A stretch of DNA of 53,100 nt from Clostridia bacterium (GTDB lineage Bacteria; Bacillota; Clostridia; Oscillospirales; SIG627), in NCBI GenBank assembly GCA_017414535.1, contig JAFQMA010000021.1, positions 1 to 53,100 of the forward strand, read 5' to 3'. The notes below the pieces were generated by a model. It made no database searches, had not been told where the DNA came from, and saw nothing but the letters and a program-made list of their open reading frames with translations. Every line of letters begins with the position of its first letter. The stretch's first letter is position 1. Shown here one piece after another: positions 29,832 through 38,748 of the stretch. The position numbers were made by a program, and so were the translations under genes.

Positions 29832-30046
29832 AGTTTCTCCTTAAAAGTACTGTTACTATACTCCATTTTAGCCTTTTTTCGGCCGTTTGTAAAGACGTAT
29901 TTACAAATCAAGGATAAAATGCTACAATGAATTGAATATGAAATGGAATATCGCATTTTTATTCATAACAGGTTAAAAATAGCCTGTTATGATTTTTTTG
30001 GATATAATAAACGGTACACTCACCATTTTCTAAGGAAAGGAAAACT

Positions 30047-33000
30047 ATGCTGAAGCTGATCGATATCAAGAAGGATTATCTTTCGGAAAGCGACAAGGTA
30101 CGCGCCTTAAAGAACGTAAATCTCGCTTTCCGCAGAAGTGAATTCGTTTCTATTCTGGGCCCCTCGGGATGCGGCAAAACAACGCTGTTGAACCTCATAG
30201 GCGGTCTCGACCATTATACCTCGGGCGATCTTGTGATCGAGGGAAAAAGCACCAAGGCTTTCAAAGACCACGATTGGGACGCCTACCGCAATCACTCCGT
30301 AGGCTTCGTATTTCAAAGCTATAACCTGATCCCTCACCAGAGCGTTCTGGCCAACGTGGAGCTTGCACTCACCCTGACGGGCGTTTCCAAAGCAGAACGC
30401 AGAAAAAAAGCTCTTTCCGCTCTGGAAAAGGTAGGGTTGAAGGATCAGATCAAAAAACGCCCCAACCAGCTCTCCGGCGGACAGATGCAGAGAGTAGCCA
30501 TTGCACGCGCTCTGGTCAACGACCCCGAGATCCTTTTGGCGGACGAGCCCACAGGCGCCCTCGATTCTGCCACCAGCGTACAGATCCTGGAGCTTTTAAA
30601 AGAGGTGTCCCGCGATAAGCTGGTCATTATGGTGACCCATAACCCAGAGCTTGCCCGGGATTACTCCACACGCATCATTCGTCTGTTGGACGGTGAGGTA
30701 GTGGACGACTCCAATCCTTACAACGGAGCAGAGGAGATAAAAAAAGCCCCTGTTAAGAAGGAAAAGAAGCCTTCCATGTCCTTCTTTACCGCGCTCAGCC
30801 TTTCCCTGAACAACCTAATGACAAAAAAAGGCAGAACCACCCTTACCTCCTTTGCGGGCTCCATCGGTATTATCGGCATTGCGCTGATCCTGGCTCTGTC
30901 CAACGGTATCAACGCTTATATTGCCAGCGTGCAGGAGGAGACCCTTGCCTCTACCCCCTTGACCGTGCAGGCGGAGAGCATGGATATGCTGGCGCTGATG
31001 ACCAATATTATGGGTATCAACAGTGCCAATTCCGAGAACGCTCACCCCTTGGATGCGGTCTATTCCTCCAAGGTCATGCACGAAATGATCAACTCCTTTA
31101 ACAATGCGGAGACGCAGACCAACAATCTCCGCCTCTTCAAGGAATTTCTGGACACCAGCGAGGAGATACGAAATAACACTACCCAGATCCAATATTCCTA
31201 CGAGCTGGACAGCGCTATTTTTACGGAGGACGTGAACGGAAACGTCATAAAAAGTGACATTGAAGAGGTCATGAATCGAGTGTTTGATGCAGCCGGTATG
31301 GGCGCCATGTCCGGTATGCATTCCAACAACTCGATGAGCACCATGTTCAGCAGCATCACCCTTTGGGAGGAAATGCTTCCCAAGGCAGACGGTACCGGCA
31401 TCAGCGCCATGATTACGGAGCAGTACGATCTGGTATACGGCTCCTGGCCCACCCGCTACGACGAGGTGGTGCTCATCGTGAACGAGCGCAACGAGATCAG
31501 TGATATGGCTCTGTGCGGTCTCGGTCTGAAGAGCACCGAGGAGATCGGCAAGGAGATGCTCCAAAGTCAGAAGGGCGAATCCCTGAACACCACGGTGGAA
31601 TCCTGGTCTTATGAGGATATTCTCGGCATGCGCTTTAAGCTCTTTTTGCCAAGCCAGCTTTATCAGAAAAATCCCACCGGCGGCTATACGCTGGTAACGG
31701 ACGTGGATAAGGGAGCGGAATTTCTCTATCGTTCCGACGAAGGCCTGCCTCTGCGCATCAGCGGTATCGTCCGCCCTCAGAGCCCCGAAGCCGCACAGCT
31801 GATGCAGGGAGCCTTGGGCTACACTAAGGATCTGACCCGCCATCTCCTAAGCGTTGTGGGTGAAAACGAGCTGATCCTGCTACAGAAGAACAATCCCGAA
31901 ACAGACGTGCTGTTAAATCTTCCCTTCCGTCCTGCCGATTACGTAGAGCCCACAGAGGATGAAAGAGTCGCCGCCTTTAAGGAATACGCACTTGGTTTGA
32001 GCGCAGAAGAAAGGGCGAAGCTTTATCGCAAGATCCTTGCCATCCCCGGAGAAGATTTTCTGAATGCTACCGCCGACAAAACACTGGCGGAAATGACCCG
32101 CGGTGAACTGGAGCAAAATATCATCGCCATGTTTACGGAAAACAAGGACGAGGAAGCAGACATCAGCTTTATCCTTGAATACGTAAAGAAAATGAGCGAC
32201 GAGGAGCTTTTTGCGCAGGCAAGAGAGGGAGTCAAAAGCATGGTAGCAGAGCAGTACCGCCAGCAAATGGAGCAAGCCATGGCAGGTGTTCCCGACGTCA
32301 TGCTCTCCTCCATGCTGGAGGTCGCTCTGATGCAGAGCCCTGTAGAGATCTCCGCCTCGACAAGTCAGGACCGTCTGGGAGTTCCCTTCTCTGCAAAGGA
32401 GATGCTCACCTATTACGAGGATTACGTACCTGCCACTCATTCCGACTCTACCCTGGAAGCAAACCTGAAGCTTTTGGGTGATGCGTATGAGGCCTCCCCC
32501 AGCGCCATTCACATCTACACGGATACCTTTGAGAAGAAGGAGCGACTGGGTGAGATCATTGCGGAATACAATGCAAAGCAGGTCGAGGAGGACAAGATCG
32601 ATTATACGGACGTGTTCGCCATGCTGATGTCGGGCATGACCACGGTCATCAACGCCATTGCCTACGTGCTCATCGCTTTTGTATCCATTTCTCTGGTGGT
32701 TTCCTCCATTATGATCGGTATTATCACCTATATTTCCGTATTGGAGCGTACCAAGGAGATCGGTATCCTCCGTGCAGTGGGTGCCTCCAAGCGCGACATT
32801 TCCCGTGTATTCAGTGCAGAAAGCATTATTCAGGGCTTTGCGGCGGGCATCATCGGCGTGGGCCTGACCCTGCTGCTGACCCTTCCCATCAACGCCATTA
32901 TTCAGGCTCTGACCGGCATTCCCGATATCGCCGCGGTGCTTCCCCCTGCAGGATACCTTTTGATCCTGGTGAGCGTGCTGCTCTCTTATATTGCGGGTCT

Positions 33001-33058
33001 CTTCCCTTCCCGCGTGGCGGCAAAGAAGGATCCCGTGGTAGCACTGCGTACCGAATAA
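30047..33058 (+). CDS. MacB/FtsX-type ABC transporter, ATPase fused to permease with a large extracytoplasmic domain
   Basis: [24 protein letters not shown]; C-terminal [26 protein letters not shown]. Confidence 0.93.
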   Translation: MLKLIDIKKDYLSESDKVRALKNVNLAFRRSEFVSILGPSGCGKTTLLNLIGGLDHYTSGDLVIEGKSTKAFKDHDWDAYRNHSVGFVFQSYNLIPHQSVLANVELALTLTGVSKAERRKKALSALEKVGLKDQIKKRPNQLSGGQMQRVAIARALVNDPEILLADEPTGALDSATSVQILELLKEVSRDKLVIMVTHNPELARDYSTRIIRLLDGEVVDDSNPYNGAEEIKKAPVKKEKKPSMSFFTALSLSLNNLMTKKGRTTLTSFAGSIGIIGIALILALSNGINAYIASVQEETLASTPLTVQAESMDMLALMTNIMGINSANSENAHPLDAVYSSKVMHEMINSFNNAETQTNNLRLFKEFLDTSEEIRNNTTQIQYSYELDSAIFTEDVNGNVIKSDIEEVMNRVFDAAGMGAMSGMHSNNSMSTMFSSITLWEEMLPKADGTGISAMITEQYDLVYGSWPTRYDEVVLIVNERNEISDMALCGLGLKSTEEIGKEMLQSQKGESLNTTVESWSYEDILGMRFKLFLPSQLYQKNPTGGYTLVTDVDKGAEFLYRSDEGLPLRISGIVRPQSPEAAQLMQGALGYTKDLTRHLLSVVGENELILLQKNNPETDVLLNLPFRPADYVEPTEDERVAAFKEYALGLSAEERAKLYRKILAIPGEDFLNATADKTLAEMTRGELEQNIIAMFTENKDEEADISFILEYVKKMSDEELFAQAREGVKSMVAEQYRQQMEQAMAGVPDVMLSSMLEVALMQSPVEISASTSQDRLGVPFSAKEMLTYYEDYVPATHSDSTLEANLKLLGDAYEASPSAIHIYTDTFEKKERLGEIIAEYNAKQVEEDKIDYTDVFAMLMSGMTTVINAIAYVLIAFVSISLVVSSIMIGIITYISVLERTKEIGILRAVGASKRDISRVFSAESIIQGFAAGIIGVGLTLLLTLPINAIIQALTGIPDIAAVLPPAGYLLILVSVLLSYIAGLFPSRVAAKKDPVVALRTE

Positions 33059-33069
33059 GTATTTCACAC

Positions 33070-33097
33070 AAAAAAGGCCCGAATTCGGGTCTTTTTT
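33070..33097 (+). terminator. Intrinsic terminator after the ABC gene
   Basis: AAAAAAGGCCCGA-at-TCGGGTCTTTTTT. Confidence 0.75.
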
Positions 33098-33190
33098 GCG
33101 TGTGCAGGAAAAAGTAAAGCCCCGCTGCACAAAAAAGCAAGACAAGTAAAAATTTCTTGCGAGAAAAATTAAAAAAAACTTAATATTTTT

Positions 33191-33219
33191 TTGACAAGGC
33201 GGCGACGCTGTGCTATAAT
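33191..33219 (+). promoter_or_regulatory. Sigma-A promoter of the darA-holB cluster
   Basis: TTGACA-17 nt-TATAAT with TGn extension and AT-rich UP region. Confidence 0.85.
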
Positions 33220-33273
33220 TAGAATAGATATATATAAATATACTCAAAATCGAGTTATGGAGGATACTGCGTT

Positions 33274-33597
33274 ATGAAAATGATCATTGCTATCGTCAAC
33301 AACGACGACGCCCCCGACGTCATGAAGGCTTTGACCAAGGAGAAGATCTCCGCTACGAAGCTGGCCAGCACGGGTAGCTTTCTTATGAAGGGAAACACCA
33401 CCTTCATCTCCGGTGTGGAGGATGAGCAGGTGGAGCACGTCATTGAGATCATTCGCGACCACTCCAAGAGAAGGAAGCAGCTGATGCCCATTGATTACGC
33501 TCAGTTCAACCCCGGCTTCTCCTCCTATCCCGTTGAGATCACCGTGGGAGGCGCCACCATTTTCGTGGTGAACGTAGAAAAATTCGAAAAAGTATAA
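33274..33597 (+). CDS. darA: PII-like cyclic-di-AMP receptor
   Basis: MKMIIAIVNNDD, ATKLASTGSFL..GNTT, VGGATIFV; upstream of holB as in Firmicutes. Confidence 0.88.
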   Translation: MKMIIAIVNNDDAPDVMKALTKEKISATKLASTGSFLMKGNTTFISGVEDEQVEHVIEIIRDHSKRRKQLMPIDYAQFNPGFSSYPVEITVGGATIFVVNVEKFEKV

Positions 33598-33601
33598 AAC
33601 C

Positions 33602-34594
33602 GTGTCCGCCTATCGTTGTCAAGGGGTGGTAGACGCCATTTTGCCTGCCGTTCGCGAGAATCGGCTGGCGGGTTGCTACCTCATTGTGGGAGAGCGCGGC
33701 ACGGGTAAGCTTGCCGCGGCGCGGTATCTGGCCCAAGTCCTGATTTGCCAAAACAAGAGAGACGGGGTCACTCCCTGCGGCATTTGTCCCGATTGCAAGC
33801 AGATAGAACAAGGCACACACGTTGACGTGCCTGAGCTTTGGCCCGAGGAGGAAGGAAAACGAATTCCCGTGGAGCGGGTACGTGAGATCCTTCGTGAGAA
33901 CTACACCCTTCCCACCTCCGGTGACCGCCGAATTTTTATTTTCCCCCGCATGGAGCTGCTCCGTGCAGATTCTCAGAATACGCTTTTAAAGAGCATTGAA
34001 GAGCCCTCTGACGGCACGATCTATTTTCTTTTGACAGAGGATAAATCCAAGATCCTGCCAACCGTGCAGAGCCGTGCGGTGGCTGTTTCCGCTATGGGGC
34101 TTCCCAAGGAGGAGATGCGCAGGTATCTGAGAAAAATCGGCTGCGAGCAGGAACGCCTCGACGAGGTATTGGTCATGGCAGGCTCATCCCCCGGACAGGC
34201 GGAGGAGTACCTGAGGGATACGGAGCGGGCGCAGATGCGCGAAAAGGTACTCCGGTATTTTCAAACGGTCTTCGAGCACGGTTCCTTCACACGCCTTTCT
34301 CTGATCTTCCCCCCTGCGCGCATAAGCCGTAACGAGCTTTACCTGATGCTGCCCATGATGCGGTCCGGACTGTGTGATCTGATTGCCGCAAGGTACGGTG
34401 CGAATGAGGATCGCCACTTTTTCACTGACGAAGGCTTCTGCCGCGATATGGGAAGCGTACTTTCCTTAAAAAGCTCGGTGGAGCTTTTCGATCTGTCTTT
34501 AGAGTTGGAAGCGGCCTTGGAAACCAACGTGAATCTTTATTCTGCTTTGGCGGGCTTTCACATGAAGGCAGCAGGGCTGGTTTGTGAAGACTGA
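33602..34594 (+). CDS. holB: DNA polymerase III delta' subunit
   Basis: GERGTGK, C..PCGICPDC zinc site, NTLLKSIEEP, ILPTVQSR. Confidence 0.88.
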   Translation: MSAYRCQGVVDAILPAVRENRLAGCYLIVGERGTGKLAAARYLAQVLICQNKRDGVTPCGICPDCKQIEQGTHVDVPELWPEEEGKRIPVERVREILRENYTLPTSGDRRIFIFPRMELLRADSQNTLLKSIEEPSDGTIYFLLTEDKSKILPTVQSRAVAVSAMGLPKEEMRRYLRKIGCEQERLDEVLVMAGSSPGQAEEYLRDTERAQMREKVLRYFQTVFEHGSFTRLSLIFPPARISRNELYLMLPMMRSGLCDLIAARYGANEDRHFFTDEGFCRDMGSVLSLKSSVELFDLSLELEAALETNVNLYSALAGFHMKAAGLVCED

Positions 34595-34723
34595 CGAACC
34601 AAATTTCAACGGGAACATATACTCATGATGTGCCCTTCTTCTTACAGCGTATAAGAGTATTCGGTATAGCCGAAGGGCTTGCCGTGACAATAGAACTTGT
34701 GAAAGGATTGACCCCTTTTTACT

Positions 34724-36025
34724 ATGGATATTAGCAAAGGAAAGATCATTATCTCCGGTGGAAAGCCTCTGGTGGGTGAGATTCCCGTTTCCGGCATGAA
34801 AAATGCCGCGGTTGCCATTGTTCTGTCCACCATTCTGACGGAGGATAAATGTATTATCGAAAACCTTCCCGATATCAGTGACGTCAATCTCTCGTTAGAG
34901 ATCTTGAAGTCCGTCGGCGTGAAGGTGACGAAAATCGATAAAAACACGGTGGAGATCGATTCCACCAGCGCTACTCCCGGCATTGCTCCCTACGATCTGG
35001 TGAGCAAGATGCGTGCCTCCTACTATCTCATCGGCGCGGAGCTGGGACGCTTCGGACGTGCCTTCGTGGGTCTGCCCGGCGGCTGTGACTTCGGCGTTCG
35101 CCCCATCGACCTGCACATCAAGGGCTTCGAGGCTCTGGGATGCGAGGTAAAGGTGGATGGCGGGTACATAGAAGCCACCGCCAAGGATGGGGTTTTGCAG
35201 GGCTCCAGCGTGTACATGGATATGGTAACCGTAGGCGGCACCATCAACGTGATGCTGGCGGCCGTGAGAGCCGAAGGCACTACCGTGATCGAAAACGCTG
35301 CCCACGAGCCTCACATCGTTGACACAGCAAACTTTTTGAATGCTTGCGGCGCGGACATCAGCGGAGCGGGCACGGACGTGATCAAGATCCGCGGTGTGAA
35401 GAAGCTCCACGGCGTGACCTACACTATCATTCCCGATATGATCGAAGCAGGTACCTTTATGATCCTTGCGGCGGCAACGGGAGGAGAATTGAAGATCACC
35501 AACGTGATCCCCAAGCACCTGGATTCCATCAGCGCAAAGCTTCTTGAAATGGGCGTTGAGGTGGAGGAGGACGGTGACAGCGTTACCGTGCGGCGCGGCA
35601 AAAAGCCCTTGACCAAGGTCAACGTAAAGACCCTGCCCTACCCCGGCTTCCCCACGGATATGAACCCGCAGATCTGCGTGCTTCTGGCACTGGCACAGGG
35701 CATGAGCCGACTGACGGAGGGCGTATGGGAATCTCGATTCCGTTACGTAGAGGAGCTAAAACGCATGGGCGCCCGCATCAACATGAACGGCAGAACAGCC
35801 GAGGTAGAGGGTATTCCCAAGCTGACCGGCGCCTCCGTAAGAGCCGTTGACCTGCGCGCGGGCTGTGCCATGGTCATAGCAGGCCTTGCGGCTGATGGCA
35901 TCACTGAAATCGACGAGATCTACCACATTTTCCGCGGCTATGAGGACCTGATCGCGAAGCTTCAGGCCGTTGGCGCCGACATTAAGGTGGTTTACCCCAA
36001 GAGCTTACAGTTTAACGAATTTTAA
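34724..36025 (+). CDS. murA: UDP-N-acetylglucosamine 1-carboxyvinyltransferase
   Basis: SGMKNA, MRASYY, LPGGCDFGVRPIDLH (catalytic Cys), PYPGFPTD, DLRAG, RGYE. Confidence 0.96.
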   Translation: MDISKGKIIISGGKPLVGEIPVSGMKNAAVAIVLSTILTEDKCIIENLPDISDVNLSLEILKSVGVKVTKIDKNTVEIDSTSATPGIAPYDLVSKMRASYYLIGAELGRFGRAFVGLPGGCDFGVRPIDLHIKGFEALGCEVKVDGGYIEATAKDGVLQGSSVYMDMVTVGGTINVMLAAVRAEGTTVIENAAHEPHIVDTANFLNACGADISGAGTDVIKIRGVKKLHGVTYTIIPDMIEAGTFMILAAATGGELKITNVIPKHLDSISAKLLEMGVEVEEDGDSVTVRRGKKPLTKVNVKTLPYPGFPTDMNPQICVLLALAQGMSRLTEGVWESRFRYVEELKRMGARINMNGRTAEVEGIPKLTGASVRAVDLRAGCAMVIAGLAADGITEIDEIYHIFRGYEDLIAKLQAVGADIKVVYPKSLQFNEF

Positions 36026-36033
36026 GGAAGAGT

Positions 36034-37131
36034 ATGGATAAAAACACGGAAGAAAAGAGAAAGCGCCACAGACGGCGCCACCATCACCGCCCCAAGGGCC
36101 CCCGCAAGCAGGAGGGCGCCGAGCAGGCACAAACAGTGAATACGATCGGGACCGAGGAGCTCCTCACACCGGAAGCGGCGCAGGAGACATCCGTCGCAAT
36201 ACCTACGGACGATTCCGATCCCGAATACGAATTTCTGAAAAAAGAAGAGGCAGCTCCCGCCGTCGAGCCTGAGGAAAAGGTGGCGGTGGTCAGTGTTCGC
36301 TTCCGCCCCGTAGGTAAGGCCTACTCCTTTGATCCCAACGGTGAGACTTTTAAAATGGGTGATCACGTGATCGTAGAAACGAGCCAAGGGCAGGAATTCG
36401 GCACCGTATCCACCCCTGTCCACAACGTATCCCTGAAGGACATCGTTTCTCCCTTGAGGAAGGTGCTTCGCAAAGCAACCGAAAAGGACCTGGAAAAGCA
36501 CGAAAAGAACCGCGAGCTGGAGCTTCGCGCCCGAAAAGTCTTTCAGGATAAGACAGCGGAGCATAAGCTTGACATGGCACTCAGCGACGTGGAATGCTCC
36601 TTTGACCATCAGAAGCTGATCTTCTATTTCACCTCCGAGGGCCGCGTGGATTTCCGCGAATTTGTCAAGGATATGGCATCGGTGTTTAAGATGCGCATCG
36701 AGCTGCGTCAAATCGGTGTGAGAGACGAGGCAAAGCAGCTGGGAGGCCTTGGAATTTGCGGCAGACCCCTTTGCTGCAGTCTCTTTTTGGATGATTTTCA
36801 GCAGGTCTCCATCAAAATGGCAAAGGAACAGAATCTGTCTCTCAATCCTACCAAGATCAGTGGAACCTGCGGCAGATTGATGTGTTGCCTTCGCTATGAA
36901 AACGACGTATACGTGGAAGCGGGCAAGACCTGTCCTCGCGCAGAAAACGCCGTCATGACCCCGGAAGGACGCGGTATTGTGGTAGAATCCAACATTCTTT
37001 GCGGCAAATGCAAGGTGAGGCTGGACAGTGACCCCGAAAACATCGTACCTTACGAGGCAAAGGATCTGAAGGTCATTCCAAAAGCAAAGAAAAACCAGCT
37101 AAATTCCAAGAACGAAAACGAAAAAGAATAG
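36034..37131 (+). CDS. ricT: PSP1-domain protein YaaT/RicT with N-terminal extension
   Basis: RVDFREFVK, RIELRQIGVRDE, GICGRPLCC, KISGTCGRLMCCLRYE. Confidence 0.92.
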   Translation: MDKNTEEKRKRHRRRHHHRPKGPRKQEGAEQAQTVNTIGTEELLTPEAAQETSVAIPTDDSDPEYEFLKKEEAAPAVEPEEKVAVVSVRFRPVGKAYSFDPNGETFKMGDHVIVETSQGQEFGTVSTPVHNVSLKDIVSPLRKVLRKATEKDLEKHEKNRELELRARKVFQDKTAEHKLDMALSDVECSFDHQKLIFYFTSEGRVDFREFVKDMASVFKMRIELRQIGVRDEAKQLGGLGICGRPLCCSLFLDDFQQVSIKMAKEQNLSLNPTKISGTCGRLMCCLRYENDVYVEAGKTCPRAENAVMTPEGRGIVVESNILCGKCKVRLDSDPENIVPYEAKDLKVIPKAKKNQLNSKNENEKE

Positions 37132-37214
37132 TTTTTTCTAAAAAAGCAAAAAAGCTATTGAATTTTTAAAAACAAGTGCTATAATAAAGTAAATCTTAAG
37201 TGGAGGTAACAAAA

Positions 37215-37388
37215 ATGGCATACATCATTTCTGAAGAATGCATCGGCTGCATGGCTTGTGTTGACGAGTGCCCCGTTTCCGCAATTTCCGAAAAGGACGG
37301 CAAGGCTTTCATCAATAAGGATGAGTGCATCGAGTGTGGCGCTTGCGTAGGCGCTTGCCCCATCGAAGCTCCCCAGCCCGAGGCCTAA
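37215..37388 (+). CDS. 2[4Fe-4S] ferredoxin
   Basis: Two CxxCxxCxxxCP motifs; SD GGAGG; own promoter and terminator. Confidence 0.95.
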   Translation: MAYIISEECIGCMACVDECPVSAISEKDGKAFINKDECIECGACVGACPIEAPQPEA

Positions 37389-37398
37389 TGAACGATTG

Positions 37399-37430
37399 AA
37401 GCCACCCTATAGGGTGGCTTTTTTCTTTTT
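37399..37430 (+). terminator. Intrinsic terminator after the ferredoxin
   Basis: AAGCCACCCT-at-AGGGTGGCTT plus T-tract. Confidence 0.82.
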
Positions 37431-37466
37431 TTGCCCGTGTTTTGGCAAGTTTTGAGGCGGAATGAA

Positions 37467-37495
37467 TTGACACGAAATCAAGTTTATATTATAAT
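37467..37495 (+). promoter_or_regulatory. Sigma-A promoter of the Ldh_2 gene
   Basis: Perfect TTGACA-17 nt-TATAAT. Confidence 0.82.
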
Positions 37496-37543
37496 AAAAG
37501 AAAATCTTGAAATAAGGTTTAAAACTTGAAAAGAGGAAGTATT

Positions 37544-38671
37544 ATGAGCAACTACATGAATTATTCCTACGATTCTCTGAAGAAGTTCTGCGATGATGCT
37601 TTTGAAAAATTCGGCTTTACCACCGAGGAAGCCAAGATCATCACCGACGTTCTTCTTCTTGCAGATCTCTACGGCATTGAGTCTCACGGTACCCAGAGAC
37701 TGGTTCGCTATCACAAGGACATTGCCAAGGGTCTGATCAAGGTCGGCGTAAAGCCCGAGGTCGTATTTGAGACTCCCGTTTCCGCCGTGATCGACGCGCA
37801 GGACGGTATGGGTCAGGTTATGGGCTATGCCGCCATGAAGATGGCCATTGAGAAGGCCAAAAAAAGCGGTATCGCCATCGTTACCGTTCGTAACTCCACT
37901 CACTACGGTATTGCCGGCTACTACACCAAGATGGCATGCGACGAGGGCTTGATCGGTCTCTCCACCACCAACACCACCGCCATCATGGTCCCCACCTACG
38001 GCAGAAAGGCTATGCTGGGCTCCAACCCCATCGCCATTTCCTTCCCCGCAGATCCCTACCCCTTCCTGTTTGACGCTTCCACTACTGTGGTTACCCGCGG
38101 CAAGCTTGAAGTTTACAACAAACTGGATAAGCCTCTCCACGACGGCTGGGCCATCGATTCCACCGGTAACGAGTCCACCGACGCTGCCAAGGTGCTGAAG
38201 TGCATCGCCAACAAGGAAGGCGGCGGCATTCTTCCTCTGGGCGGCTCTCGCGAGGATAGCGGCAGCCACAAGGGCTACGGCTGGGGCATGGTAGCTGAGC
38301 TGTTCAGTTCCATCCTTTCTCTGGGTATGACCTCTGAGAAGACCAACGTCGGCGGCAAGGGCGGCATCTGCCACGGCTTTATGGTTATTGATCCCAAGAT
38401 CTTCGGCGATGCTGAGGCTATCAAGCAGCATCTTTCCGCTTACCTTGAGGAGCTGAGAAACTCTCCCAAAGCAGAGGGACAGGATCGCATTTACACTCAC
38501 GGTGAGAAGGAGATCGCCGCTATGGCAGACCGCATGAAGAACGGTATCAACATCAACAAGAACACCGTTGCTGAGATGCGCGATCTGGCACAGTTCCTCG
38601 GCATGGACGTTGTTGCTTACCTCGGTGAGGAAGCACTGACCATTCAGGGCAAGGAAAGCATCTACAAATAA
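37544..38671 (+). CDS. Ldh_2 (malate/L-lactate dehydrogenase type 2) family oxidoreductase
   Basis: ADLYGIESHG, RNSTHYG, LGSNPIA, GSHKGYG. Confidence 0.9.
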   Translation: MSNYMNYSYDSLKKFCDDAFEKFGFTTEEAKIITDVLLLADLYGIESHGTQRLVRYHKDIAKGLIKVGVKPEVVFETPVSAVIDAQDGMGQVMGYAAMKMAIEKAKKSGIAIVTVRNSTHYGIAGYYTKMACDEGLIGLSTTNTTAIMVPTYGRKAMLGSNPIAISFPADPYPFLFDASTTVVTRGKLEVYNKLDKPLHDGWAIDSTGNESTDAAKVLKCIANKEGGGILPLGGSREDSGSHKGYGWGMVAELFSSILSLGMTSEKTNVGGKGGICHGFMVIDPKIFGDAEAIKQHLSAYLEELRNSPKAEGQDRIYTHGEKEIAAMADRMKNGININKNTVAEMRDLAQFLGMDVVAYLGEEALTIQGKESIYK

Positions 38672-38677
38672 AAACAC

Positions 38678-38747
38678 AATTCCCTCGGAACGATCCGAGG
38701 GAATTTTTATAAATAGAAGTGAGCCGAAATCCGGCTCACTTCTATTT
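38678..38747. terminator. Two back-to-back terminator hairpins between convergent genes
   Basis: AATTCCCTCGGA/TCCGAGGGAATT (38678-38705) and AAATAGAAGTGAGCCG/CGGCTCACTTCTATTT (38711-38747). Confidence 0.82.
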
Positions 38748-38748
38748 T

